Below are positions 1-12,649 of a stretch of DNA of 64,000 nucleotides, piece by piece. The stretch comes from Eledone cirrhosa. Taxonomy: Eukaryota. The stretch is from positions 23,498,001 to 23,562,000 of the forward strand of contig OZ024746.1 of NCBI GenBank assembly GCA_964016885.1, in the 5' to 3' direction. How positions within the stretch are numbered: position 1 is the stretch's first letter; each line of letters opens with the position of its first letter. The position numbers and the translations under genes were made by a program. Below the pieces are notes generated by a model, which saw nothing but the letters and a program-made list of their open reading frames with translations, was not told the DNA's origin and did not search any database.

Positions 1-7
1 TATATAT

Positions 8-1560
8 GGTGGTGTCATACCCAAAGACTGGTGCAGCAGTATTCTCATCAATTGCTACAAAGGTAAAGAGGATGCTCTGGAGAGGAGCAATTATAGGGGT
101 ACAAAACTGATGGATCAAGTTATGAAAGTGGCAGAAAGGATATTAGCACAACTAATTAGAGAAAGGGTCAAACTAGATGAGATGCAGTTTGGTTTTGTAC
201 CTAGGAAGAGTACAACAGATGCCCTCTTCTTGGTGAGACAATTACAAGAGAGGTTCTTAGAGAAAAATTTGTTGACCTAGAGAAGGCCTTTGATAGGGTA
301 CCCCGATCTGTCATCTGGTGGTCCCTAAGGAAACTAGGTGTTGAGGAATGGCTTGTGAGGACAGTGCAAACTTTCTACCGAGGTACTGTCAGTAAAATCA
401 GAGTAGGAATGGAGTTTAGTGAGGAATTCCAGGTACAAGTAGGAGTACATCAAGGTTTAGTCCTCAGCCCCCTCTTGTTCATTATAGTCCTCCAAGCCAT
501 AACAGAGGAGTTTTTAAGACTGGCTGTCCATGGGAACTTCTCTATGCTGACGATCTGGTTCTTATAGCAGATTCAGTAGAGGAGCTAGAGAATAAATTCT
601 GGCTATGGAAACAGCAGTTGGAATTAAAAGGACTGAGAGTGAACCTAGCTAAGACAAAAGTGTTGATGAGTAGAAAAGAGGACAAAAGTGTTGATGAGTA
701 GAAAAGAGGACAAAACTCTGATTCCGTCAGGGAAATGGCCATGTTCGATATGCAGAAGAGGAACTGGCATAAATTCTATAAAATGCACACAAGGCAGATC
801 CTGGGTACACAAGAGATGTAGCGGGATAGCAGGCAAACTAACAGGTAGGGAGAAATACGTATGCAGTAGATGTACAGGGAAATTAGACAGTAGAAGTCGC
901 ATTGATAGACACATTTTTCAAATGCAGTCGGGTGCTATAGAAGTGGTGGATAGCTTCCGGTACCTAGGAGATCAGATTAGCATGGGAGGGGGGTGTTCCG
1001 AGGCCATAGTATCTAGAATAAGGATGGTTGGAAGAAGTTTAGAGAGCTGCTTCCTCTGCTGATGAAGAAGGGTTTCTTCCTGCATACGAAAGGCCGGTTA
1101 TATGATGCCTGTGTGAGGAGTGCGATGCTGCATGGTAGTGAGACATAGGCAGCAACTGCAGAGGATATGCGATGGCTGGAGAGAAATGAGGCAAACATGC
1201 TCCGTTGGATGTGCAATGTCAATGTGCGTGAACGACCCAGCATGAATGTGTTGAGAGAGAAACTGTGTCTGAGACGGATAGAATGTAGTGTGCGAGAGAG
1301 GAGACTGAGGTGGTATGGACATGTGATGCGCATGGAGGATGACCGATGGGTGAAGAAGTGCCAGTTGAAGGAAGACATGGTAGAGGTAGACCATGAAAAA
1401 TATGGGCGGAGGTGGTGAGAACAGACCTCAGATCGCTGAAGCTCACGGTGGAGATGACAAAGGACCGTGACAAGTGGAGAGATGCTGTGCTGAATAAGAC
1501 CCGTCCCACCCTTGCAAGCAGGGAAGAGCGGACGTAAAATGATGATGATGATGATGATTA
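8..1560 (+). mobile_element. RTE-clade LINE, 5'-truncated, frameshifted RT to 3' end
   Basis: Pieces translate to [47 protein letters not shown]; ends GGACGTAAAA(TGA)n; short tandem duplication at about 653-710. Confidence 0.93.
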
Positions 1561-1571
1561 TGATATATATA

Positions 1572-2905
1572 TGGGAACTCCTATATGCAGATGATCTAAC
1601 GGTCATAGCTGAATCAATGGCCGAGCTAGAGAAGAAATTCCAAACATGGAAGCACGGCCTAGAATCAAAAGGCCTTAAAATTAACCTGGCTAAGACTAAG
1701 TTCTAGTTTGTAGGAAAGAAAATAAGGCGCCGGTCCCTTCCGAGAAATGGCCATGCTCAGTGTGTAGGAAAGGCGTAGGTAGAAACTCCATTTTATGTCC
1801 CAAATGCAAAGTATGGGTGCATAAAAGATGTAGTGGGATCACAGGTAAGCTAACTAAGAACATAGATTTTACATGTGGCCGGTGCTCTGGTGCAATAAGT
1901 AGCAGCAAGTGCCCACAAAATACTAGCTCTTTCAATTGCGCAGAGGGTTCTATAGAAATAGTGGACAGCTTCCGTTACCTGGGTGACAAAATCAGCAGTG
2001 GAGGAGGGTGCTCTGAAAGTACAGTAGCTAGAGTCAGAACTGGATGGAAAAAGTTCAGAGAGCTTATACCACTATTAGCCGCTAAAGGGTTCTCCCTAAA
2101 AATGAAAGGCAGGCTGTATGATGCCTGCATACGAACAGCAATGTTGCATGGCAGTGAGACCTGGGCATTGTGTGCAGAGGATATACGCAGACTAGAGAGG
2201 AACGAAGCTTGCATGCTCCGCTGGATGTGTAATAGTAATATACGCGAATGGCAAAGCATAAACGAACTAAGGGAAAAATTAGAAATAAGAGGGATCAGAT
2301 GTTGTTTACTCGAGAGAAGGCTACGTTGGTATGGTCACGTGATGCGCATGAAAGACGACAGCTGTATAAAAAAGTGCAGGGCAATAAAGATAGACGGTAG
2401 CCACGGAGTAGGCAGACCCAGAAAAACCTGGGACGACCTGATAAACTCCGACCTCACACACTTACACCTCTCCAAGACAATGTCACTGGACCGAGATCTT
2501 TGGTGGCACTCAGTAATAGAGAAGACCCGCCTTACCTAAATACAAAGTAAAACCTACTACAGTCAATAGGCATCTCTAACAAAATACACCCCCGTCCCAC
2601 CACACCGCCCCTTTCAATGTAAAGTTATGTTGGTGCCACAACATCCAGCCCGAAACAAATGAGATCGTGTAGGTGAACACACAGTCCACGCTGTAATATG
2701 GCCGTGTAGGCAACATGGTAAAAACCTCCCAGTCCCACACTGTAAATGTGGTTGGTGTTAGGAAGGGCATCCAGCTGTAGAAAACCCGCCAGACAGTCCT
2801 ATGCGAGTAAGACAACCACTCTTGCCTCAAGTGGGAAAACTCCCATCCAAACCCATGCAAGCGTGGAACATGGACGTTAAACGATGATGATGATGATGAT
2901 GATGA
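1572..2905 (+). mobile_element. RTE-clade LINE (second family), 5'-truncated, with 3' UTR and (GAT)n tail
   Basis: WELLYADDL at start, one frameshift near 1700, then open ORF to TAA 2539 (YLG, HGSETW, LRWYGHV, GRPRKTW); 3' UTR to GGACGTTAAAC(GAT)n; (TA)n on both sides. Confidence 0.95.
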
Positions 2906-2924
2906 TATATATATATATATAACG

Positions 2925-3111
2925 AAGGAAGTGTGGTAAGGAACTAGATGGACCATAACGCACCAGAGTACTCAATACTTAGAGTAGTAGAGTGGGTAAT
3001 AGGAAAATGTTTAACCCTGACGGCAGAGCTCAAGCCATTTCGACGAGTATTTCTTGACTGAAATAGCCGTCGAAACGGCTTGAGCTCTGCTGTCAAGGTT
3101 AAACATTTTCC

Positions 3112-3116
<5 letters not shown>
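2925..3116 (-). mobile_element. Short hairpin element with hammerhead 3'-half (probable Penelope-like terminus)
   Basis: 57-bp inverted arms 2997-3053 / 3060-3116; GAAAC-GGC-TTGAGCTCT-GCY-GTC motif; between two (TA)n tracts. Confidence 0.65.
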
Positions 3117-3151
<35 letters not shown>

Positions 3152-3558
3152 TAGGTTGGTAAAATCACAATACCATGAAGTGCTTCACACAATGTAGGGT
3201 ACTGCAACATCGTGCCACTCACTATCTCATTCAATGTTAACTGGGAGTAATCAGTTGCAGAGTATATCTCTATAGAGTCCAATAGTGAGGTGGCAAAAAT
3301 TGAACAAATTTATCAGGGCAATCAACAATAGTTCAATATTATCAGTGACTTAATGATTATCAAATCATCCAATAAAGATATCAAAGTTATTGATATATCC
3401 CACAAATTAATTATGGGCATCAACAAAAATCAATACAGTTAACATTAAACAATTGATAATCAGATTAGTCAGTAAAGAGACCAAAGAAAATGCTGATTAT
3501 TACCTAACCTGGTGCCAGTTTCACCAGAACCCTGAGTGTTCGTAATAATTACAGTTTT

Positions 3559-3632
3559 AACACCCGAGGACCAACCGTGATCTCAGGCTGTTTCTGCTAG
3601 TTACCTCTTCAAGCCTTCATCAGGAAGTGTCT
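3559..3632 (-). ncRNA. Degenerate hammerhead ribozyme-like motif
   Basis: Minus strand CTGATGA-AGGCT...AGCA-GAAAC-AGCC..GGTTG-GTC with imperfect stem I GACACTT/GGGTGTT. Confidence 0.4.
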
Positions 3633-4462
3633 CAAATTTAAGGGAAATGAGGGGAGGGAAGGGCAGTAAATATATACATATACAGTCTATACACTTTTTA
3701 TGTAAACATGAAGTACGCGAATTTGCTTTGACGCCTCTTGAAAAAATATTATTAAATATTCACTTCTGAGGAAAACATGTGTAAAGATCAGGGGATCACT
3801 TTGGATGCTCTCTGCATTTTGGTTCCTGAGGTTTCCGAAGCACTATCCACAGGATTTTAACGGAAAAGTTGCAATATTGGAAGTTGCAATATCGGAAGGA
3901 GACCTTACTTTTGGGATTGCCCTCATATTTTATAATCTATTTTATAGCATCTCTGTACATGAGCACACCATTCTTTAAATATATATATATTCATCATACA
4001 TATTACATATGTATTGATACCTTAACATAGTATTTATATATACATATATAAACACACACAACATGCATACACACCCACACCTACACATACTCACACTCCT
4101 TCTCATACACACATGTATTTGTTTGCATGATGAGAATAGTAAATAGTAAGCTAATGGATACTAAACATAGAAGATTTGTCATTTGTCGTTGCATTTGTTG
4201 TTTCATATCAGTTTTCTTCAATTTACAAAGTATTATTATTGTATTTTAGTTCCTGTTATTCAGGAAACACTGGATCATGGTAGATACTTGAGTATTAGTA
4301 AGTTTAACTTATTAAATAGTTCTTTTTGTTATCACATTTTATGAGTAACAATGGGAAGTGTTTTTTTTTGTCTTTTATATTGTTCCATTGCCTTGTTTCA
4401 GGAAATATATGCCACTAAATTATTCGATGAAACTCTTACTCCTTGAAATTTCCCTTTGAGCA

Positions 4463-4652
4463 ATCATTCATCATTGTCATCCTCATTGTCATCATCATCA
4501 TCATCATCACCACCACAATCATGATCATCATCGTTGTCATCATTATTATAATCATCATCACCACCATCATGATCATCATCAAGATCATCATCGTCGTCAT
4601 CATCATCACTTATCATCGTCATCATCATCATTATCATCATCATCAACATCAT
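4463..4652. repeat. Degenerate (CAT)n microsatellite
   Basis: Direct reading; explains the poly-I/poly-D ORFs. Confidence 0.95.
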
Positions 4653-5175
4653 CTTATTAATTATTGACAAAAATGTTAAAGTATTTATATCTATCCTAAA
4701 ATATTCCATCATAATTTTATTTATGAACTTTTGTTAAGTTATGTTTCAAACATCAGATAAATACTGAGAAAGTAAGTTATATTATTAAATCCCTTTAAAT
4801 TCTCGATTATTTAAAAAATTATTTGAAAATCATAGGCAGTGTTTGTTTATTTTTCTTATGAAAAATCTGGCAAAAAAAAGGGTTAAGGAAATTTTACACA
4901 ATGTTGCTACAAAATCTCTTGATTCTAATCAAAATAAAATCAAGATTAGTTTAATTACATGGACACAACTCTTGTTTCTCAGGCATTAGAGGAGAAAATG
5001 AATGTGTATGGTGCTAAGATGAATTTCTCAGGCCTGTTTGTGATACAGTTCATAAACTTTTACTTGCTACTGAAGAAATACAATGAGAAGTTGAGGAAGT
5101 AAAAGACAGGTTAAAACACAAACAACTGTTGACAGAGGAGATAAGAAGATCTATTATTATTTAGAACCATTTAGG

Positions 5176-5810
5176 GCAGTGGATTGGCAGTATCGGTAGA
5201 GGGTCAGACGCCATGCTTTGATGCATAGAGTTACGGCCCTTGCCATTTTGAGTTCAAATCCCGCCCAGGTTAACTTAGCCTTTCATCCGTATGGGGTCGA
5301 TAAAATAAAGTACCAGTAATGCACTGGGTAATTGCTGGCCTTGTGCCAAAAGTAGAAACAATTATTATTTAGAACCAGATATTGATAGCGCGTCGGACAA
5401 CATGCTTTGCAGCACAGAGTTACGGCCCTTTACGTTCTGAGTTCAAATCTTACTGAGGTTAACTTTGCCTTTCATCCTTACGGGGTTGATTAAATAAAGT
5501 ACCAGTAATGCTCTGGGGTCAATTTGATTGAACCCCCCCCGATTTCCTTCAAATCTTGTGCCTAAAACAGAAACCATTATTTAAAATTAGAGGCCAGTGG
5601 ATTGGTGAAATTGATAGAGTGTCAGACAAAATATTTTGTAACATTTAGTTACAACCCTTTATGTTCTGAGTTTAAATCCCACCAAAGTCATCTTTGCTGT
5701 CATACTTCCTGTGACAATAAAATGACATACCAGTTAAGAACTGGGGTTGACATTATCAACTTTCCCCTTTCCTCCAAATTGTGGTCTTGTACCAATGTTA
5801 GAAAGAATTG
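5176..5810 (+). mobile_element. Three tandem copies of tRNA-derived SINE type A
   Basis: A-box TGGCAGTATCGG, B-box GAGTTCAAATCC, core GCCTTTCATCC..GGGGTCGATAAAATAAAGTACCAG, tail GTGCCAAAAGTAGAAACAATTATT; units about 5176-5367, 5385-5580, 5592-5810. Confidence 0.85.
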
Positions 5811-6639
5811 TTTAGAACGAGTTGACCACCACATAAACCATTGTTTTACAACCAATATTATTAATATTTGGTTTCTTCAAACTTTCACAATGCTGTGTTT
5901 GTGGATCATCATCATCATCGTCATCATTGTATGTCCACTTTCCATGCTGGTATGGGTTGGATGGGTTGTCACAGTCTGTGACTAGACAAGTCAGGAAGAC
6001 CTTGTCTTGCTCATATGCTTCATATTTGGCATAGTTTCTATAGCTACGTAAATACGTTTCCGAAAGCCAACCACTTCAGGTACATTTTATTGTGGTGCAA
6101 CAATACTAGTACTTTACATTAACACATACACATATATACATATATATATAGAGAGAGTGTGTGTGAGTGGGTGGGGGAGACATAGAAAACTACCAAATTG
6201 AAATATTTTACTCATATTTCAATACTTTTGAGGATAAACATTATTTTTCATAAAAGTAATCCATCTTTCTGTTCTCTCTCTGTCTCTCTCTAGCTCTTTC
6301 ACTCACACACACACTCACGTGTATATGCAGTCACTCACACATATAACCTCCTTTCTATGAAGATTTATAACAGTGCCGGTTTAAAAAGACTTCTGCACAA
6401 CCACCACCATTGCTCTCTTTCTCTCTCTCATGCACACACACATACTTTCTAACACTCCCTTTCCATAAAGACTTGTTGCAGCTTGAGATTAAAAAAGCAA
6501 TATTATTGGGCTGCTTGTCAGTTTTGGTATGGAAATTGTTAAAGGGAATAAAAGACAATGGAGCTTTTAGTACCAAACTTTCTGAAATCACTCATGGTTC
6601 TATGACATATAACTGTTTATTTTTATCTAAACTATATAT

Positions 6640-7225
6640 ATTTATCTAAAAACCACTCCACATAATTTTATGTAAGAACCTTTGTTAAGGTATGTTCCAA
6701 ACACTAGCGCAATAATGACAAAGTTAGTTATATTACTACATCCTTCCAAATTTTTAAGTATTTTCAAAAATTATTTGAACATTATAAGCAGTGTTTTTCA
6801 TTAGAAATATGGTAATGAAAGGGTTACAGTATTCTAATGTATATTTATCTAAAGACCATCCATCATAGTTTTATGTAAGAACCTTTGTTAAGTTATGTTC
6901 CTGACATCAGCTTAATAATGAGAAAGTTAGTTACATTACTAAATCCCTCCAAATTTTTTATTATTTAAAAAAAAAATTATTTGAAAATCCCAAACAGTGT
7001 CTTTCATTAGAAATATGGTAATGAAGAGGTTAAAGTGCTTATATTTATTTATCTAAGAACGTTCAATCTTGATTTTATGTAAGAACCTTTGTTAAGTTAC
7101 TTTCCGAACACCAGCTTAATAATGAGAAAGTTAGTTATATTACTAAATCCCTCCAGAATCTTGAGTATCTTCAAAAATTATTTGAAAGTTGTAGATAGTG
7201 TCTTTCATTATATGTATGGTACCAA
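6640..7225. repeat. Three tandem ~200-bp units of an AT-rich dispersed MITE-like family
   Basis: Repeated TTTATCTAA..TTTTATGTAAGAACCTTTGTTAAG..TTAGAAATATGGTAATGAAAGGGTTA; related pieces at 4680-4885, 22880-23110, 27700-27965, 37337-37750, 46835-46975, 60440-61108. Confidence 0.75.
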
Positions 7226-7724
7226 CATGGCTAAAGAGGGAGAAGAGGAGAATCAAGGCTTTAAGATAAACATATCAAAGAAACAATGAGGTTTTATCAA
7301 ATGTTTAAAGACAAAGAAAGAACAGCTGCTGCTACTCTGTGGAGTATTTAGGTCTCAATTAACTGTATTACTGAATCTGATATATATATTTTATAATTGT
7401 TTCTACAGAAAAAGCTATATATGAGAACTAATAAATAGTAATTGAGAAGGTCTTTGCTTTACATTGAATTTGCAGCTGTTTTGACTTATGGTTTGACATT
7501 TCAGTTTCTCATTTGTCTTGCATGTCTTGATAGATATAATTTTCTTTCTTTACACAACCTTACCCAGTAGCCAAATAAAAATAATTATACATGATTATTA
7601 TTTTTTATATTAATGTTAATGATAAATAATATATATATATATATATATACATACAGGGTGTCCTCCAAAAATGTATACACACCTTTATTACCTGTACAGG
7701 CAATATTTATTAGAATGCTGCAAT

Positions 7725-9722
7725 GAATACTGTAAAGTATGAAGAGAACCAGAAGGAATAGTACAAAGTATGTAGAGAACCAGAAGGAATAGTACAAAGT
7801 ATGTAGAGAACCAGAATGAATAGTACAAAGTATGTAGAGAACCAGAAGGAATAGTACAAAGTATATAGAGAACCAGAAGGAATAGTACAAAGTATGTAGA
7901 GAACCAGAAGGAATAGTACAAAGTATGTAGAGAACCAGAAGGAATAGTACAAAGTATATAGAGAACCAGAAGGAATAGTACAAAGTATGTAGAGAACCAG
8001 AAGGAATAGTACAAAGTATGTAGAGAACCAGAAGGAATAGTACAAAGTATATAGAGAACCAGAAGGAATAGTACAAAGTATATAGAGAACCAGAAGGAAT
8101 AGTACAAAGTATGTAGAGAACCAGAAGGAATAGTACAAAGTATGTAGAGAACCAGAAGGAATAGTACAAAGTATATAGAGAACCAGAAGGAATAGTACAA
8201 AGTATGTAGAGAACCAGAAGGAATAGTACAAAGTATATAGAGAACCAGAAGGAATAGTACAAAGTATGTAGAGAACCAGAATGAATAGTACAAAGTATGT
8301 AGAGAACCAGAAGGAATAGTACAAAGTATATAGAGAACCAGAAGGAATAGTACAAAGTATGTAGAGAACCAGAAGGAATAGTACAAAGTATGTAGAGAAC
8401 CAGAATGAATAGTACAAAGTATGTAGAGAACCAGAAGGAATAGTACAAAGTATATAGAGAACCAGAAGGAATAGTACAAAGTATGTAGAGAACCAGAATG
8501 AATAGTACAAAGTATGTAGAAAACCAGAAGGAATAGTACAAAGTATATAGAGAACCAGAAGGAATAGTACAAAGTATGTAGAGAACCAGAAGGAATAGTA
8601 CAAAGTATGTAGAGAACCAGAAGGAATAGTACAAAGTATATAGAGAACCAGAAGGAATAGTACAAAGTATGTAGAGAACCAGAAGGAATAGTACAAAGTA
8701 TATAGAGAACCAGAAGGAATAGTACAAAGTATATAGAGAACCAGAAGGAATAGTACAAAGTATGTAGAGAACCAGAATGGATAGTACAAAGTATATAGAG
8801 AACCAGAAGGAATAGTACAAAGTATATAGAGAACCAGAAGGAATAGTACAAAGTATGTAGAGAACCAGAAGGAATAGTACAAAGTATGTAGAGAACCAGA
8901 AGGAATAGTACAAAGTATGTAGAGAGTCAGCAGGAATAGTACAAAGTATGTAGAGAACCAGAAGGAATAGTACAAAGTATATAGAGAACCAGAAGGAATA
9001 GTACAAAGTATGTAGAGAACCAGAATGGATAGTACAAAGTATGTAGAGAACCAGAAGGAATAGTACAAAGTATATAGAGAACCAGAAGGAATAGTACAAA
9101 GTATGTAGAGAACCAGAAGGAATAGTACAAAGTATGTAGAGAGTCAGCAGGAATAGTACAAAGTATGTAGAGAACCAGAATGAATAGTACAAAGTATGTA
9201 GAGAGTCAGCAGGAATAGTACAAAGTATGTAGAGAACCAGAAGGAATAGTACAAAGTATGTAGAGAACCAGAAGGAATAGTACAAAGTATATAGAGAACC
9301 AGAAGGAATAGTACAAAGTATGTAGAGAACCAGAATGGATAGTACAAAGTATGTAGAGAACCAGAAGGAATAGTACAAAGTATATAGAGAACCAGAAGGA
9401 ATAGTACAAAGTATGTAGAGAGTCAGCAGGAATAGTACAAAGTATGTAGAGAACCAGAATGAATAGTACAAAGTATGTAGAGAGTCAGCAGGAATAGTAC
9501 AAAGTATGTAGAGAACCAGAATGGATAGTACAAAGTATGTAGAGAGCCAGAATGGATAGTACAAAGTATGTAGAGAGCCAGAATGAATAGTACAAAGTAT
9601 GTAGAGAACCAGAATGGATAGTACAAAGTATGTAGAGAACCAGAAGGAATAGTACAAAATATAGAGATTGTCAGAACTAATGTTGCAAAATATGTAAAGA
9701 ACCAGAACAAATACTGCAATGT
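7725..9722. repeat. 31-bp tandem minisatellite, roughly 64 copies
   Basis: Unit GAGAACCAGAAGGAATAGTACAAAGTATGTA with a few recurring variants and degenerate edge units. Confidence 0.98.
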
Positions 9723-10839
9723 ATTCTATCTGGTATTTTAATGACTGTCAATTTGCTGCTTTACACAAATACAATTACTCAATAACAAAAAAACATTTTA
9801 TAAATTTAAAAAAATAAACCCAATGTCCATTACAACCAAAGCCACGATCAACGTGAAACTTATAACCAAAGATTAACCCGGCACAGATGTCAGGAAGCAA
9901 AACTAACTCTGCCCCCCCCCCCCCCCAAAAAATCAATAAAATGAAAATTTAAATTTAAACCAATCCACTATTCTCGTACTGAGCTGACAAACACCGTCAG
10001 GTTGCAGTCATCCTCAATATTTATTTCTGTGTAGGGCTGAACCACTTACTTGAGGGGCGGGGGGGTTCTTCTCTGTATCCTTGTGTATCTTAAGAGTCAT
10101 CTAAAAAGGTTGGCACCAGGAAAGGTATCCAGCTGTAAAAGAAAAGGGTTTTCCTTTAGTCATTAATGGTCATTGGTTTTGTACCTATGTCTGGTTGAAC
10201 ATGGGATTTGCCTCTCTGAAGCACAAGCCTGGTCAGGGTGTTTTGTGGAAGACTAGCAGTCACTTATACAAACCACTCTCCAACATCATTCTCATATCTT
10301 CAACATTTTGGTATGGTTTCAGTGGCCGGATGCCCTTCTGAATGCCAACCACTATACAGAGTGTAGTGGGTACATTTTATCATGGCACTATTACTACTAC
10401 TCATACCCCCCCCCCCCACACACACACAGTTCACTTCATTTTGCACAGCCAAACCTATATATGTGGTACAATCTGCAAAGTGGTTGGCATATGAAAGGGC
10501 AGTGGCTGTTAGAGACCAAGCGAAAATGGAACATATAAGCAAAACACATCTTCTAACCTGTGACAACCCATAACAGCATGGAAAAGTGGACAAAAATGAT
10601 GAATAAGATGATGATGATGATGATATATAGTTTATTAAAACCAGAGCAACAAACAGGTCACTGGATCAACCTTAATAAACTAGCAATCAATGCTATGGTA
10701 CTGAGTTCTCATTCATGAATTTGGTGTTAGGAAGGGCATCCAGCTGTAGAAATCAAGCCAGAATCAGTTCCCGTCCCACCCTTGCAAGCAGGGAAAAGCG
10801 GACGTAAAATGAAATGATGATATATATATATATATATGT

Positions 10840-11150
10840 ATCACAGAAAAAAAGAGAATCAGTGTTGCGACGAATGGAATTTATTGGACATATTACAATC
10901 ATTTCTCTGGCAACCAGTTCGATCGATGTGATGATCGAACCTGACTCTGAAAATCGCAAGGTCCTCAGATACGTCTTGATTCTACAAAGCAGATTTTCCT
11001 ATTCCTAGAGAAACGATTGTAATATGTCCAATAAATTCCATTCGTCGCAACACTGATTCTCTTTTTTTCTGTGATTTCATACTCTGCTCTAGGAGAACAC
11101 CTAGTGCTCAAATGGCCTACCACATAGGGATGCTTTAAACATCCAACACC
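10840..11150 (+). mobile_element. Short fold-back element (69-bp arms) plus tail, probable Penelope-like terminus
   Basis: Arms 10840-10908 / 11007-11075 with one mismatch; right arm has GAAAC-GATT-GTA then AATAAA; followed by TACTCT-type tail; (TA)n on both sides. Confidence 0.6.
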
Positions 11151-11324
11151 AATTATATATATACATATATATAAATTTCAGTATGTGTTGGTTGGTGACT
11201 GACACTTCAGTATTCAGGGTAGAGCACTCAACAAAGTGCACAGGTGGGTTTGTTTACTCTGGAGTAATTTAAAAACAAGATGTGTAAGTCAATAGGTTAA
11301 AATTAACTTTGTTTATTCATATTC

Positions 11325-11383
11325 GCTGTAATATATATTTTGGTGATAACCATTATTCAACAGCTATGACCTCATCAGACAGC
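11325..11383 (-). ncRNA. Type I hammerhead ribozyme, complete fold with G12-to-A core substitution
   Basis: Minus strand GCUGU-CUGAUGA-GGU(C)AUAGCUGUU-GAAU-AAUGGUUAU(C)ACC-AAAA-U-AUAU-A-U-U-ACAGC: 5-bp stem I, long stem II, minimal stem III with palindromic loop. Confidence 0.7.
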
Positions 11384-11535
11384 TAGAATTTGAACAGAAA
11401 AAAATAATGGTGGAACAAAGTTTATCTCCGTTATTTCAGTCCTTTGATATGCCCTGTCCCAAAATATGGTGTTGCTTTCTCAAAGAACTGGTGTCTTACA
11501 GTTCTTGTTCATATATATATATATATATATATATA

Positions 11536-11640
11536 TTCTGATGATTTCTTTTGAATGAAACAGTTCTAGTCCTGTAGAAGTCATTTCTATTAATGTATTG
11601 AGTACCTTACTAACTGTAATTACCCCTGATTAAACCCAGG
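11536..11640 (+). mobile_element. Hammerhead-bearing mini-element (same family as 58068-58250)
   Basis: CTGATGA-TTTCTTTTGAAT-GAAAC-AG-TTCTAGTC-CT-GTA-GAA then tail TGTATTGAGTACCTTACT..TTACCCC; starts directly at a (TA)n tract. Confidence 0.65.
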
Positions 11641-11721
11641 AATCACACACACACACACATATATATATATATAAGACAAACACAAAACATACACACACAC
11701 ATGAATATATCTATCTATCTA

Positions 11722-11796
<75 letters not shown>

Positions 11797-12282
11797 TCAT
11801 GCCACACACATGGATATATATATAAACATATACATGTATGTGTATGTTGTGTTTGTCTTCGCATCCGTCTTCATGTTGACACAGATTAAAATTGGGGAAA
11901 ACAAAAACAAACAAACAAAAGAGAATTTCATTCCCATAGCAGGCAGTAACAATCTGTTATTCTGATATTCTGATATACCAAAATAAGAGAATGATCACCT
12001 TATATGTAAAGATTAAAGTATAAAAAACAGTTCATACTTACAAGCTATGTCAAACATCTCAGCCTAAATGTACAAAAATACTGGTGTGTTGAAATTGTTG
12101 TCTGATCTATTTATACTTTAAATAATATCTTAAATAATCTCTTATCCCAATCCCTCAACATCAAGCAGTTACTACATTAGGTTTCATTTCCTTGATACTT
12201 CCTATTCACACATGTTTGATTTTTCTAGCATTGATCTTCCATATATAAAATATTTCCTTTGTCCAGCTCCAAGCCTCCCATG

Positions 12283-12370
12283 ACCACTCTTAAGTTTTTC
12301 TATTTCTAATCAACCACTCTTAGTCTTTCTATTTCTAATCAACCACTCTTAGTCTTTCTATTTCTAATTA
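12283..12370. repeat. Three copies of a ~29-bp tandem repeat
   Basis: ACCACTCTTAGTCTTTCTATTTCTAATCA. Confidence 0.85.
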
Positions 12371-12649
12371 GTCAGCTAGACAACCTGACACTCCTTCAAC
12401 AACACAGCTGAATTTACACCTGTTCAATTATGTCTACTGATTTTTTGGAAAGCTATATCATCAGCTTTATGCTGGACTGAACAAGATTAGAGATAGTACA
12501 TAATTATTTCTGTCATAACAACTACTAATTAGCTATAGTAAATAATTACTGTTCACCATCCAACTATCATCTCCCAGCCTACACACAAAAAATGAACAAT
12601 CACCTGATGCCTGTAGATTGTTAGGGACCCACAAACTTTTTAGACAGAC

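Noticed and set aside
4443-4712. Poly-Ile, poly-Asp and poly-His ORFs
   Set aside because: (CAT)n microsatellite translation
5176-5265. tRNA gene candidates (A and B boxes), also at 34248-34312 and elsewhere
   Set aside because: No cloverleaf; continue into multi-copy SINE cores and tails
7585-9719. 690, 452 and 387 aa hydrophobic ORFs resembling membrane proteins
   Set aside because: Translations of a 31-bp satellite open in all three minus frames; no ATG start or splice context
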